Source of the DNA: a virus
Taxonomy: Duplodnaviria; Caudoviricetes
Length of the DNA stretch: 57,209 nucleotides
IMG/VR virus record: IMGVR_UViG_3300020159_000496
Coordinates: 1-57,209 of that record
Strand: one strand, 5' to 3'
Below are positions 36,301 to 46,025 of this stretch, piece after piece. Both the position numbers and the translations under genes were made by a program. A model generated the notes under the pieces. That model had not been told where the DNA came from. It saw nothing but the letters and a program-made list of their open reading frames with translations, and did no database searches. Numbering within the stretch: the first letter of the stretch is position 1; the number at the start of each line of letters is the position of its first letter.

Positions 36301-39091
36301 CTAAAGGATAACCAGCAATTACGTGTGTCCATCCTAGTTCGCCATTGTATTCGTTGTATACATCAATGCGTTTAGAAACAATATCATATGAACCGATAGT
36401 TCCATATTGGCCAGTACCAGTTCCGCTGGTGATGATAATTCTACAACCGATGTAATCAGTTTCAAATGCTTCGTCGTTGGACGCAATGGTAATTCCAGTT
36501 GTATTACCAATCTGGGCATTGTTACCCGTAGACTGGAAGCCACCACCGCCTAAAAATGTGGAATCATCCGGATCTAATAGTCGCCACTCAAATGTGCCAC
36601 CGTCTCTAAATTCATCTGCTATTACAGCAGCTCCGGTACCAGAACCAACAAAACTAAATGTTGCTGAAGTATAATTCTCACCAGCATTAGAAAATTCTAA
36701 ATTTAAAATCTCATCGTTAGCTTCTCCAGAAAACGCACTTTCTATAGATGCTTCTGTAGTTCGATTATTAACTAATCCCTCAGCAGGTGTTTCTGATTCG
36801 TCAACCCCTTCAGCTACACAACCGTATGTACCATACGAGCTATTACCGTTGGTAGCACGAATCTTACCACCATTTTCTGCTAGGTAGCCCATGTGTCCAT
36901 AGTATGAGAATATTGAAACTAATTCTGATAATCCGTTATTAGTTACCCAAGCTCCAATACCATCAGACAACACCTGTGTAAAGTCGTTGGCCACAATTGA
37001 TTTATTGCCTCCACCGTGTAAAGCACCGTCTACTTTTAATCCAGTACAACCGTTACCAAATGTAGTAACGTTCTGTACATAACATGATTTTGTAGTAATC
37101 CATACAGAACTGTCTGTTGGGCCATTACCCGGGTCTAACGACACATACGCACCTGCTGTTGGTCTACGAGTACCGTACTGATTAATACCGCTAAGGGTTC
37201 CGTTCAACCCTCTAAAGGTCATATTTCTTAGTCCTGATCCGTTGTTGACATGAAACATGTCGTATAGTCTGTAATCAAGAGGATCAGCATACGGATCTCC
37301 GTTTTCATCAAACGAAATATTATTGGGATTATATAAAGGTTCAACAATCGTGCTTCGTAATTCTTCGCCAACAATAGCAATGTCTCTTGGCACACGTATT
37401 GGCAGAATCTCCGAGTAGACTCCTGCCTTTACAAATATAGTTGCTGGTCCTGTGGCAAAATCACAGGCGTATTTTATTGTTCTAAAAGCACTATTTAAAC
37501 TTGTACCGCTGTCCGCAGTATCTGCTCCCTCAGTACTTACATAGTAAACTTTTTGTGTTTGATTAAATGTTTCCCAAGACGGAGCATTATCTACTACTCG
37601 AAGAGCTTGGCCAGGATCGCCAATGGGCAATCTAGATTGATCAACAGAACTTCCGTCTTCAGTAAGTCCAAATACTTTAATATCGCCTTGATATCTTAAA
37701 CTGTTGGTTGGCTCACCTCGAATTAACAGTGTCCATAAATCATCTTCGTAGTCGTTATCAGGACGTTGGTTTACGTTAGTAGCAAGGTGTTTAGTTAGGC
37801 ATCGGTAGGTGTTTTCTTCAAATAATACAATGTCACCAATTGAATAGGTTTCATTTAATTCCCATTCTTTTCTATATGATTCACCAGGAATAACTAATTC
37901 CCAATCAGTTATACTTTGGTTTGGATCTGTTAGTGTATCTTTGATAGCAGTATAAACTTGTCCGCCTTTTCTTACAACATCGCCAACAAAGTATGTGGTA
38001 TTGTTTTCCCAATCACCGGATACTTTATATCCGATAATTAATAATTTCCAAAAAGCAATAGAACTATCATCGTTGAGTACTGCTGAAGTTGACGGTATTT
38101 GACCTACGTTATTGTTTAATGCTTCGTAAGAGTAGCCACCGTACTTGACTACGTCACCGCGTTGGTATACTGTTGTAGTAGTCCATTCTTCTTCATACTC
38201 AAAACCCGGAACATACAATTGCCATTTTGATAGATCAAACACAGCGGTACTTGTATGGTGATTGTAGCAGATCCACTGGTTAGCACCATACTTGACAAGA
38301 TCGTTGCGTTTGTATCGAACACCTGGACTAGTTGGTGGAGTTAATACCTGCGGAACCCAGTTGCCTTTATATTCAATATTTTCAAAAACAATTTCCCAGT
38401 CTGCTTGATTAAGTTCTAGCCCGTCAGCTAGTGTTAGAGCAGAAGTGTGTCCATCAATACATCTGTAAACAATACCGCCATATTTTACAATATCATTTTT
38501 TCTATATCGTGTGTTGGGTGCCCACGTCTGTCTCCATTGCTGAGCAGGGTTGACAATTTCCCAGTTAGCAAAAGTTCCTTCTAATCCAACCGTGGCATCG
38601 TTTGATATATTTCTAGCAACACAACGATAAACAATACCGCCGTATTTTACAACATCTCTTTCAGAATACAAGGTAGCTGGTTGCCAGTTGCCTTTCCACT
38701 CGTCTGATCTAGCATACGATACCCATTTAGCTTGATTGCTTTCTAGGCCATTTAGTGTTGTAGCTGAAGTGTGTGAGTCGATACAAATATAAGAAATAGC
38801 CTTATACTTTACAATATCGCCAACATTATAGACAGTAGATGCAGTCCAGTCGCCTTTCCACTCGTAGCCGTCAAACATCAATTCCCAGCGTGGTTCACTA
38901 GATGCTGGTATTGTTTGTTGATTTATAAATTCTAAATCAGCGTAGAAACTCACAGTAGAAGAACTGTGTCGCTGAATACACACATAGCTTTTGCCACCAA
39001 ATCTAACAACATCGTCAAGGATGTAATTAGTATTTGGGTTCCAGTCACCTTTCCAGGTAAATTTTAATCGACTTAATTTAAATTCTGCCAT
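33377..39091 (-). CDS. Giant virion protein (1904 aa), paralogue of 27323..33334
   Basis: Same MAEFKLxRxxFxWKGxW start, SCYVQNVTTFG...GGNKSIVxNDFTQVLSDG core and YSQVRLTGHDFLDIGTG C-terminal block; lacks the helical inserts and has extra GxxW repeats. Confidence 0.8.
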   Translation of the reverse strand: MAEFKLSRLKFTWKGDWNPNTNYILDDVVRFGGKSYVCIQRHSSSTVSFYADLEFINQQTIPASSEPRWELMFDGYEWKGDWTASTVYNVGDIVKYKAISYICIDSHTSATTLNGLESNQAKWVSYARSDEWKGNWQPATLYSERDVVKYGGIVYRCVARNISNDATVGLEGTFANWEIVNPAQQWRQTWAPNTRYRKNDIVKYGGIVYRCIDGHTSALTLADGLELNQADWEIVFENIEYKGNWVPQVLTPPTSPGVRYKRNDLVKYGANQWICYNHHTSTAVFDLSKWQLYVPGFEYEEEWTTTTVYQRGDVVKYGGYSYEALNNNVGQIPSTSAVLNDDSSIAFWKLLIIGYKVSGDWENNTTYFVGDVVRKGGQVYTAIKDTLTDPNQSITDWELVIPGESYRKEWELNETYSIGDIVLFEENTYRCLTKHLATNVNQRPDNDYEDDLWTLLIRGEPTNSLRYQGDIKVFGLTEDGSSVDQSRLPIGDPGQALRVVDNAPSWETFNQTQKVYYVSTEGADTADSGTSLNSAFRTIKYACDFATGPATIFVKAGVYSEILPIRVPRDIAIVGEELRSTIVEPLYNPNNISFDENGDPYADPLDYRLYDMFHVNNGSGLRNMTFRGLNGTLSGINQYGTRRPTAGAYVSLDPGNGPTDSSVWITTKSCYVQNVTTFGNGCTGLKVDGALHGGGNKSIVANDFTQVLSDGIGAWVTNNGLSELVSIFSYYGHMGYLAENGGKIRATNGNSSYGTYGCVAEGVDESETPAEGLVNNRTTEASIESAFSGEANDEILNLEFSNAGENYTSATFSFVGSGTGAAVIADEFRDGGTFEWRLLDPDDSTFLGGGGFQSTGNNAQIGNTTGITIASNDEAFETDYIGCRIIITSGTGTGQYGTIGSYDIVSKRIDVYNEYNGELGWTHVIAGYPLAALLDTTTVYRIEPRPITAAPTYTTAASVGDVRYFTDSLYIPAFDRMLATGRTTDGTNGRIYEGSDETNLVNVGSTANADFYTAIAWDGANTVVAVTLGTSAIVGTWSGSSFTYSTIAANIGINGSKNVAGGNGKFIATSPSASTSVAVYTVASSTWSTVSTPVTAPWAAVAYGKNKFVVIGQDGKTVTTTDGSSWTAGFNIPTFGDSTQPIWTDMCYGNNRFVAISSNSNAVAYSFDGVAWYLSTLPFDTAWNRISYAQGLFVAVSSSNTQFVAVSDSGGFVWELKALTASISDRTTAAFIPNTDSRGRWAVLSSTLGSGNISTFQYGATFRGRPIISGGRIRSMKIWEPGSGYIAQPIFTFSDPVSTSQPNYEFRIGNGVLANPTFLSRGIGYKTSTTRVTVAGDGYADIYELGGHLIIDGVPRVVRTGANFELNTVSWTPSVLPISGPWGGATVGSDKFVAITYQGAGLSQIVYSANGTGWTSTTISVQRDWRDIKYANGVYIAVAYGTVFAKSTNGTTWTTLTVPTGNWTSIDFVNDRWTVISNGSASALYSVDNGVTWLSSSLPISANWVKVKHGVNNFVAIAENSDKVAISLDGQTWLIRTITATQEWSDLAYGNDHLILIAKNSDEFAVSEDDGNTWDVLAAPDTDDWSHIIFANRKFVLFSGTGSATYSSRLGLDWLERDLPISNPTAAVAGLNKYLVLSDNTAAVASDGSDNRVYRVLTVDILSGAPGNYRLALRVAPDFNRTNSPPHNTPIEIREKYSQVRLTGHDFLDIGTGNFEQTNYPVLYTQGTLSRAPENEVYNRGGGRVFYTSTDQDGNFRVGELFAVEQATGVVTISADYFDLGGLSELSLGGIRVGGTGVVIREFSTDVTFAADSNNIVPTQRAIKAFVSRRISGGGSEAATGTLIAGTVRIGGPNNIGSTTNTYVNIPVNVNIKKGISGMMLAMSMFSDGFNSNLDGQEVGRDLG

Positions 39092-39101
39092 AACTTATCT
39101 C

Positions 39102-39461
39102 TTATATTCCTGTAGGATACAAATACTCTTCACTGATCCTTACTACCAATTGTCCGTCGTCGTCAATGTAATAATATAAATTTCTATTATCCCAACGATA
39201 TTGCTCGTATGTTAGATTGCCATACACTACATCGTGATTAACGTCTCTGCCTTCTAGAAAATCAATACCAACTTCAAAGTCATTATAGTTATCTTCGGGT
39301 GTACCTGGCTGATTAACTTCAATTACATCGTCGGGGTTAAGCTGATCTAATCTACCTAGATATAGTTCACCGTTATCGGTTCTTCTCAAACCATAAAAAA
39401 ATCGTTGAACTCCAACACCTAAAATACTTTCAACGTTATAATCACCAATATAATAGGCCAT
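39102..39461 (-). CDS. Hypothetical acidic protein in the structural operon
   Basis: 119-aa ORF with AGGAG RBS, tightly packed between structural genes. Confidence 0.7.
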   Translation of the reverse strand: MAYYIGDYNVESILGVGVQRFFYGLRRTDNGELYLGRLDQLNPDDVIEVNQPGTPEDNYNDFEVGIDFLEGRDVNHDVVYGNLTYEQYRWDNRNLYYYIDDDGQLVVRISEEYLYPTGI

Positions 39462-39472
39462 TGTTGCTCTCC

Positions 39473-39802
39473 TTAAACAATCTCAACATAACTAACTATC
39501 ACATCAGCAGCATCGTTTCTGTCGGCAAATGCTGCTAATAAATTATTCTCTGCCATAACTAGTTTTTCACCACCGTTAATTACTCGTAAACTTTGATTCG
39601 GCGGAATAGTAACGTCTTTTATGAAATATCCAGTAGTGGAAGTATTATCAGTTAAGGTAATACTAACTTTAATAGTAGCTGATGTTAGGTTAGTCATGCT
39701 GAGACCAATCACCGTAGTACGGCTAGTTGCTGTGGTTTCAATCATATGTACCGCAGCAGTACCTAAATCTTTAACTACTTTATTTCTAAAAAACGTTGCC
39801 AT
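39473..39802 (-). CDS. Small beta-sandwich adaptor-like structural protein (family copy 2)
   Basis: TTVIGLSMTN...IKDVTIPPNQSL...EKLVM pattern; directly follows the 2031-aa gene. Confidence 0.65.
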   Translation of the reverse strand: MATFFRNKVVKDLGTAAVHMIETTATSRTTVIGLSMTNLTSATIKVSITLTDNTSTTGYFIKDVTIPPNQSLRVINGGEKLVMAENNLLAAFADRNDAADVIVSYVEIV

Positions 39803-39810
39803 TTATATTA

Positions 39811-42800
39811 TCATCCAAAAATTAATGCTGTAGTAATTGCTAGTCCCTCTGCTTCAGAAAGCGTAATCCCGCTTCCTGAACTACCTGCTGCCGATACCCA
39901 CTGCGTACCATCATAGACTTCAACACGACTATCTGTGGTGTTAAAACGCATCATGCCCGTTTCAACTAATGCTCCCCTTTGATCAACTCTACCTCTTGGA
40001 AGAACAAATCCGTTAGTACCAGCAATTTTAAAATATCCAGTACCTGTTTGATTAAACGAAGTAATAGTATCTGCTTGCGTGTTAGTAATTGTGTTATTTC
40101 GTAAAGCAAAAAACCCAATTACTGTGCTACCGGTACCATTAGGAGCTAGTATTAAATCTCCATCAACGTTGGTAGTAGAAACTGTATTACCCGTGATATT
40201 TATATTACCTATATCTAGGTTGCTAGTAGAAAAAGTAGTAGCAGTTAGACTGGCTTTGTTTAATCCATCGATGTAAAAACTAATAGTATTGTCGTTAGCA
40301 CCGGGTGTTGTTTCTGGTGTAATGTATGTATTTTCATCTAGATCGTAGACACCGTCTAACCTACGCCAGTTAGATCCATCAAATCCTTCATAGTAATTAC
40401 GGTCAGTGTTATATCTAACCTGTCCCGTTTGGCCAGTTGGTCTTTGACCATCTGTTCCTCTAGGTAATCGAACAGCCTGTGTGCCTTGAAAGTCAACAAT
40501 ACCAGTGCCGTTGGGAGCAATAATTAAATTTGTATCAGTTTGAGTAGTTATTTGATTCTGATTTATAATAATCGACTCAATTTCAACAGCGCCAACACCG
40601 TTGGCTCGCAATTCTAAGTTGCTGTTAGATACGTTAGTTGTAATTAAATTACCACTGATAGTAACTGAGCCTAGGGTAAGAGTTGGAGCAGTTATGGAAT
40701 TAGACGCAACAATATCTGTGGCTGTTACATCGCCAGTTACAGAAAGATTTTGAGCAATTCTAACGTCATTAAATGGAACACTGATAATTCCAGCACCAGT
40801 TGCTTGGAATGTTAAATCACTGCCTAGTGTTGTTGTGCTAATTACATTACCTTCTACTCGAATATTGCTAAATTGAGCAGTTCCGGTAATATCCATATTA
40901 CCTGTAAGATTAAACGCACCAGTTTGATTGACAGTGCCTGTGTGATTAGCTGTGCCAGTGTGTGTTAATGTTCCTGTAATCTGTGTATTATTAAGTTGTA
41001 CATCTGTGCTTACTACCAGTCCACCGTTGACAACTAAATCTGTGCCATCAATTATCACAGACCCAGCACCGTTAGCACGTAATTCTAAATCTGAATTAGA
41101 TAATGTTGTGGCAATTCTGTTACCACGAACAACAATATTACCTGTGTCAATTTCGTTTGATTGTAATGATCCAAACGTACCAATAATATTATTGGCATAC
41201 AGTGTTCCGTTGACAAATAAATCATTTTCAATAAGAACATCGTTTTCGGGAATGTAAACAATTCCTGACCCAGGTGCGTCTAGTACTAGATTATATCCGC
41301 TCTTTGACGAAATTTGGTTGCCATTAATCTGTATGTCAGCAATTTCTGAAAGGCCGCTAACGTCTAAGTTACCGTTAAGAATATAATTGCCAGTTTGTGT
41401 AGTGTTACCTGTGTGAACAGTATTTCCGTTTTGTGTTAGCGTACCTGTGATTGTGGTTGTTTGTAACTCGGTGTCGCCTTGAACTGTTAGATCATTTTCT
41501 ACAACAAAGTCTGCGGTAGGAATTAATACTCTACCAGTACCATTGGCACGTAATTCTAAATCCGAATTAGACAGCGTGGTAGTTACAAAATTATTCTGAA
41601 TACGGATATCGCTGGTTTGAACAATTTCAGTTTCTAATATAGTAAGAGATAAGTTTTCAACAGTCAATGAACCATTAACAGTTAAGTCTTGACCAACTAT
41701 TACATTGTTGCTAGGTATTGATACAATACCTGAACCGCTGGCAATAAGTTCTAAATTACTATTTGAATCTGTGGTAGAAAGTTGGTTACCGTCAATGCGG
41801 ATATTTTCAAACTGAGCAAAAGAGCTAACTGTGAGATTTCCAGTTAATATATAATCGCCAGTGTGTGCTACTGAACCAGTATGTGTAAGATCACCATTGT
41901 GAAGTATTGTTCCGTTGATTATGGTAGCTGCTAAGGTTGCTGTACCACTAACAAACATGTTTTCGTTGACTACTAAATCGCTGGTAATTTCAACATCACC
42001 AGTTCCGTCAGCTCTTAGTTCTAGGTCGCTGTTAGATAATGTTGTAGAAATAACATTGTTTTCAATTAAAATATTACCGTTAGTATAGCGATCTGCGGTA
42101 ACATCAGTAGTAACGTTTAAAGTATTGGCAGTCAGCGAACCAACAACATCTAAATTGCCAGTTACTTCTAAATCTGTTCCATCAACAACAATAATACCCG
42201 TACCATTGGCTCTTAACTCTAAGTCACTGTTGGACTCTGTGGTAGTAATAACATTGTTGTCAATTAAAATATTTTCAAATTGAGCAGCATTGTCTACAGA
42301 AAGGTTACCAGTGACTGTTAGATCGCCAGTTTGTGTATAGTTTCCTGTTTGAACAATGTTACCAACTACAGTTAATGTGCCTGTAACGTTGGTAGTTGAT
42401 AGATTTGTTGTTCCTATAACTTCTAGATCTTCATCAACTTGTAGGTCACTAGAAGAAATATAAATTTTTCCAGTGCCGTTTGATCTAATTTCAAGATCGG
42501 AATTAGATAACGTAGTAGCAACGGTATTTCCAGAAATTACAATGTTTTCATTTCTGATAGTCGTAGATGTTACAGTACCAGAATTAGTTATCGTTGTTCC
42601 AGTAATTAATCCATCAACTGTTAATGTTTGATTTATTTGTACATCGTTGCTAGGCACATAAATTCTTCCTGTGCCTGCTGCTTCTAGTTGAAGATCTTGA
42701 TTGCTGTTTTTTGTTCTAATATTATTTTGAACAATTTCAATATTTTCTAAATCTAACGAAGCTGAATAAAAAGATCCACTAACACTTAGGTCACCTGTTT

Positions 42801-45800
42801 GTATAACATTACCAACAATATCTGCGTTGCCTGTAAGAGTTAACAAGCCAGTTACATTAGTAGTTTGTAAATTTGTAGTACCTAATACAGTAAAAGTTTC
42901 GTTAACTTGTAAATCGTTGTCAGGAATTAATACACGGCCAGTGCCCGCTGCTGATAATTCTAGATCGCTGTTAGAATCTAATGTGCTGATTTTGTTATCA
43001 AAAATCTCAATGTTATCAGCTGTTAAGCGATTGACAAATATTTGTCTCCAACGTTCTACAGTTGTACCTAAGTTGTAGGTATCTGTTACTTTAGGAATGA
43101 TATCACTGTCAATGCGAGCTTCAATATTAACAGAGTCTGTGGTTTGGTCACCAATTGTGATATTACCACCAATTGTTACATTGCCAGTAACATCTAAGTC
43201 GCCGGTGATATTAACATTGTTTAAGAAATTAACCTCGCCAGTGAATGAATCAATATTCATTACTTGGGTTAGTGTTTCTATAGTATTGTTTGATATGCTG
43301 AAATCGCCGGTTTCAATTTTTGTAGCATCGATGTAGGTTTGATTTACACCGTCGTTGAACAACAAACTTCCAGTTACTGCTACGTTAGAATTGCTGAAAA
43401 CAACTTCACCAGTATCTTGATTAATGTAGAATTGATCACCTACACGGAAATCGCCTTTGTGATCAACTGATGTGTAATAAATTTTAGCACGATTTAATTC
43501 AACAACTTCGTTGGCCTGAATAACTGTAGTAGGATCGTTTGTAGATTGACCTCCGTTACCGATGTAGGCTAAATTTTGACCTATTAGGTAGGCAACAACA
43601 CCATCGCCGTCTCCGTAAATTCCGTAGTTACCGTATACGCAGGCAGATCCAATACTTCTTACTTCCGCACCAAAGTCTGAGTAATCAGCAAAATTAATAA
43701 CAGAAGCAGCTCCACCTGTAGTTGTATTTCTAATGTCTTGTGTGGTATTACCGTCATCAACAATAATAGTTGAATTATTTGTACCATTAAAATGCAATAG
43801 TAATACTGTGGCTAGGTCGCTAGTGAATGCGCTAGTTGGTGCTGTGAATGTTGTTGTATAACGTGCTACACCTTTGCTAATTTTAAAATCGTCAATATGT
43901 CCAGTGAAGGAAGTGAGACCAACAAACGACGCACCTAATACTAAAGGTTTTGTAGTTCCGTAATCAGTAGCGTCAGCATAAGTATTAGTCGACACGACCC
44001 CATTAATAAAAAATCTAGTAACACCGCTAGCACGGGAGATAGCAAGATGATTCCAAGTATTAAGAGTATGATTATTGCTAGATGTTAATACAAATGCCCC
44101 ATTTACAAATAATCTTAAATTTCCTCCACTGTTGGACTGAACCATGATCGAATTTTGATTCGATGTTGTTCTGGTATCAACTAATATTTGTGAAAGTGAG
44201 GCTGTTTTATAGAACCACCCTTCTATAGTAAAGTCTCCAGTACCAAATCCAAAATCTGGTTGGCTAGAATAGGTGATAAAATCGCCAGTACCGTCTAATA
44301 CTAAACTTGCTGTGCCAAATTTCTTTATTGCGGTTGATAGTTTTGCGTTGCCGCCGATTGACGCTGTTTTGCCAACTCGGTCGTCAAGTGTTTCAAATCC
44401 AATAACTTTACCGTCTATGTTAAAAAAATCACCGTCGATGCTGTCAATAGTCCCTGAAGCAAGGACTGTAGTGCCGTCAGTATCGTAGTAAGACAGAGTG
44501 TCTCCTACATTCCATGATCCTGTTCTACTAGTTAACTTTATTCGTGTTTTACCATCACCGGCAAATCCGGCTGATCCGCTGTACAAATACATGCCCTTGT
44601 CAGCAAAATATGTAAACGAATTTAACCACTCAACTCTAGCACCGTTTGTGGCATTTAAAGTTTCTGCTGCTGGAGTAATGAATGTCACCGAATGGAATAA
44701 CATCGCAGCTTCATTACTGCTTGGATCTGCTAGACTACCGTCAACAAAGGCTCCGTGACCAGCATCGCCGGCTAGATAACCTAGCGGATCATTTGGCGGA
44801 TTAGTGCCCAGTCTAACTGTACTGCCTTTGGTTAATACTGAAATATTTCGAACATACGGACTTCTTGAAGTTACAATAAATCCTGGTTTAAACACAAACG
44901 CATGACCAGTATCGTTTATTGCATTGTATTCAAAATCTGCTACAGTTAAATCTTCAACTGTAGTTTCGCCGTTTAGTTGGAAACAGTCTAAAGATCTTGT
45001 ACCGGCAGTGGGTTTGATTGTAACAGATCGAATGCCAGTGCCCTTAACTGTTACGCCAACAGGAACTTCTAACGGAAATATTTCTTCGTAGACACCAGGA
45101 TATAGATAAACAGTTGTGCCAGCAGTTGCGATGCTCAATGCGTACTTTAATGTTCTTAATGAATCATTAGGATGCTCGCCTTGATGTGTATCACTGCCGT
45201 TTACCGCAGATACATGAAGCATGTTTCCCGGTAGTGCTGATATGTTTACTCCGTCAATGATTAAATTTTGAGAAGTAATTATGTCAGCGTATAAATTTCT
45301 AGTCCAAACGTCATTCCAGCGTTTGCCACCTAAACTAGGATCTGAACCAATTTGATATGTTTCGTTAGCGTCAGGAATAAGATTGCTAGCAATTTCAGCG
45401 TTGACTGTGATTGTATCAGTATTAGCGTCACCTAATGTGATGTTGCCGTCGGCAGTAATTGCTCCGTCGACTTGTAGACTTCCTGTGACCTGCACAGCAG
45501 ATTGAATATCTACGATACCAGTACCGCTAGGGCGAATTTCTAAATTAGCATTTGACTCGTTGGTTGCTATGATATTATTGAATATATCAATAGAATCTAT
45601 AGAAAATTTGCTAGTTCTTAGAGCAGAGCCTTCTGGGAGATTAAAAGTTAAATCGCCGTCGTAGGTAATTGTATTTGGTGAAAAAGTAAAGTCGCCTAGT
45701 TGTGCTGTAGTACCAGTGACTTCTAAATTTGTTGTTCTAAGGGTGCCGTTTACTTGGAGTTCGTGACTAGGAGTAGCAGTTTTAATGCCGATTCGCCTGT

Positions 45801-45906
45801 TGTTAACATCCAGATACAGTAGGTCGGTCTCAAAGGCTAGATCCACACCTTGGCGTAGAAGGTTAGCCTTTAAGAGCGGACCGCTAATTCGACCAAGCTG
45901 GCTCAT
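39811..45906 (-). CDS. Giant fibre-like virion protein (2031 aa) with a LamG/concanavalin-A-like domain and ~80-aa repeats
   Basis: FGTGDFTIEGWFY...WNHLAISR...GHIDDFKISKGVARY LamG-type block; many IxxNxIxTTxSNSDLELRANGTG repeats; AGGAG RBS. Confidence 0.8.
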   Translation of the reverse strand: MSQLGRISGPLLKANLLRQGVDLAFETDLLYLDVNNRRIGIKTATPSHELQVNGTLRTTNLEVTGTTAQLGDFTFSPNTITYDGDLTFNLPEGSALRTSKFSIDSIDIFNNIIATNESNANLEIRPSGTGIVDIQSAVQVTGSLQVDGAITADGNITLGDANTDTITVNAEIASNLIPDANETYQIGSDPSLGGKRWNDVWTRNLYADIITSQNLIIDGVNISALPGNMLHVSAVNGSDTHQGEHPNDSLRTLKYALSIATAGTTVYLYPGVYEEIFPLEVPVGVTVKGTGIRSVTIKPTAGTRSLDCFQLNGETTVEDLTVADFEYNAINDTGHAFVFKPGFIVTSRSPYVRNISVLTKGSTVRLGTNPPNDPLGYLAGDAGHGAFVDGSLADPSSNEAAMLFHSVTFITPAAETLNATNGARVEWLNSFTYFADKGMYLYSGSAGFAGDGKTRIKLTSRTGSWNVGDTLSYYDTDGTTVLASGTIDSIDGDFFNIDGKVIGFETLDDRVGKTASIGGNAKLSTAIKKFGTASLVLDGTGDFITYSSQPDFGFGTGDFTIEGWFYKTASLSQILVDTRTTSNQNSIMVQSNSGGNLRLFVNGAFVLTSSNNHTLNTWNHLAISRASGVTRFFINGVVSTNTYADATDYGTTKPLVLGASFVGLTSFTGHIDDFKISKGVARYTTTFTAPTSAFTSDLATVLLLHFNGTNNSTIIVDDGNTTQDIRNTTTGGAASVINFADYSDFGAEVRSIGSACVYGNYGIYGDGDGVVAYLIGQNLAYIGNGGQSTNDPTTVIQANEVVELNRAKIYYTSVDHKGDFRVGDQFYINQDTGEVVFSNSNVAVTGSLLFNDGVNQTYIDATKIETGDFSISNNTIETLTQVMNIDSFTGEVNFLNNVNITGDLDVTGNVTIGGNITIGDQTTDSVNIEARIDSDIIPKVTDTYNLGTTVERWRQIFVNRLTADNIEIFDNKISTLDSNSDLELSAAGTGRVLIPDNDLQVNETFTVLGTTNLQTTNVTGLLTLTGNADIVGNVIQTGDLSVSGSFYSASLDLENIEIVQNNIRTKNSNQDLQLEAAGTGRIYVPSNDVQINQTLTVDGLITGTTITNSGTVTSTTIRNENIVISGNTVATTLSNSDLEIRSNGTGKIYISSSDLQVDEDLEVIGTTNLSTTNVTGTLTVVGNIVQTGNYTQTGDLTVTGNLSVDNAAQFENILIDNNVITTTESNSDLELRANGTGIIVVDGTDLEVTGNLDVVGSLTANTLNVTTDVTADRYTNGNILIENNVISTTLSNSDLELRADGTGDVEITSDLVVNENMFVSGTATLAATIINGTILHNGDLTHTGSVAHTGDYILTGNLTVSSFAQFENIRIDGNQLSTTDSNSNLELIASGSGIVSIPSNNVIVGQDLTVNGSLTVENLSLTILETEIVQTSDIRIQNNFVTTTLSNSDLELRANGTGRVLIPTADFVVENDLTVQGDTELQTTTITGTLTQNGNTVHTGNTTQTGNYILNGNLDVSGLSEIADIQINGNQISSKSGYNLVLDAPGSGIVYIPENDVLIENDLFVNGTLYANNIIGTFGSLQSNEIDTGNIVVRGNRIATTLSNSDLELRANGAGSVIIDGTDLVVNGGLVVSTDVQLNNTQITGTLTHTGTANHTGTVNQTGAFNLTGNMDITGTAQFSNIRVEGNVISTTTLGSDLTFQATGAGIISVPFNDVRIAQNLSVTGDVTATDIVASNSITAPTLTLGSVTISGNLITTNVSNSNLELRANGVGAVEIESIIINQNQITTQTDTNLIIAPNGTGIVDFQGTQAVRLPRGTDGQRPTGQTGQVRYNTDRNYYEGFDGSNWRRLDGVYDLDENTYITPETTPGANDNTISFYIDGLNKASLTATTFSTSNLDIGNINITGNTVSTTNVDGDLILAPNGTGSTVIGFFALRNNTITNTQADTITSFNQTGTGYFKIAGTNGFVLPRGRVDQRGALVETGMMRFNTTDSRVEVYDGTQWVSAAGSSGSGITLSEAEGLAITTALIFG

Positions 45907-45922
45907 TCGCTCTCCTTATACC

Positions 45923-46012
45923 CCGTGTTTCACGGTTAACCACCTTACATTGCGGGTTTACCACAGTTTAATATCGTATAGATTTGGTCAACCTATACAG
46001 TAATAGTATTTA
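45923..46012 (-). promoter_or_regulatory. Late promoter plus structured 5' leader of the 2031-aa gene
   Basis: TAAATA at 46012-46007; hairpins GTATAG...CTATAC (45976-45998) and CCGTG-AAA-CACGG (45923-45935). Confidence 0.5.
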
Positions 46013-46025
46013 TCGTTTGGGTAGA

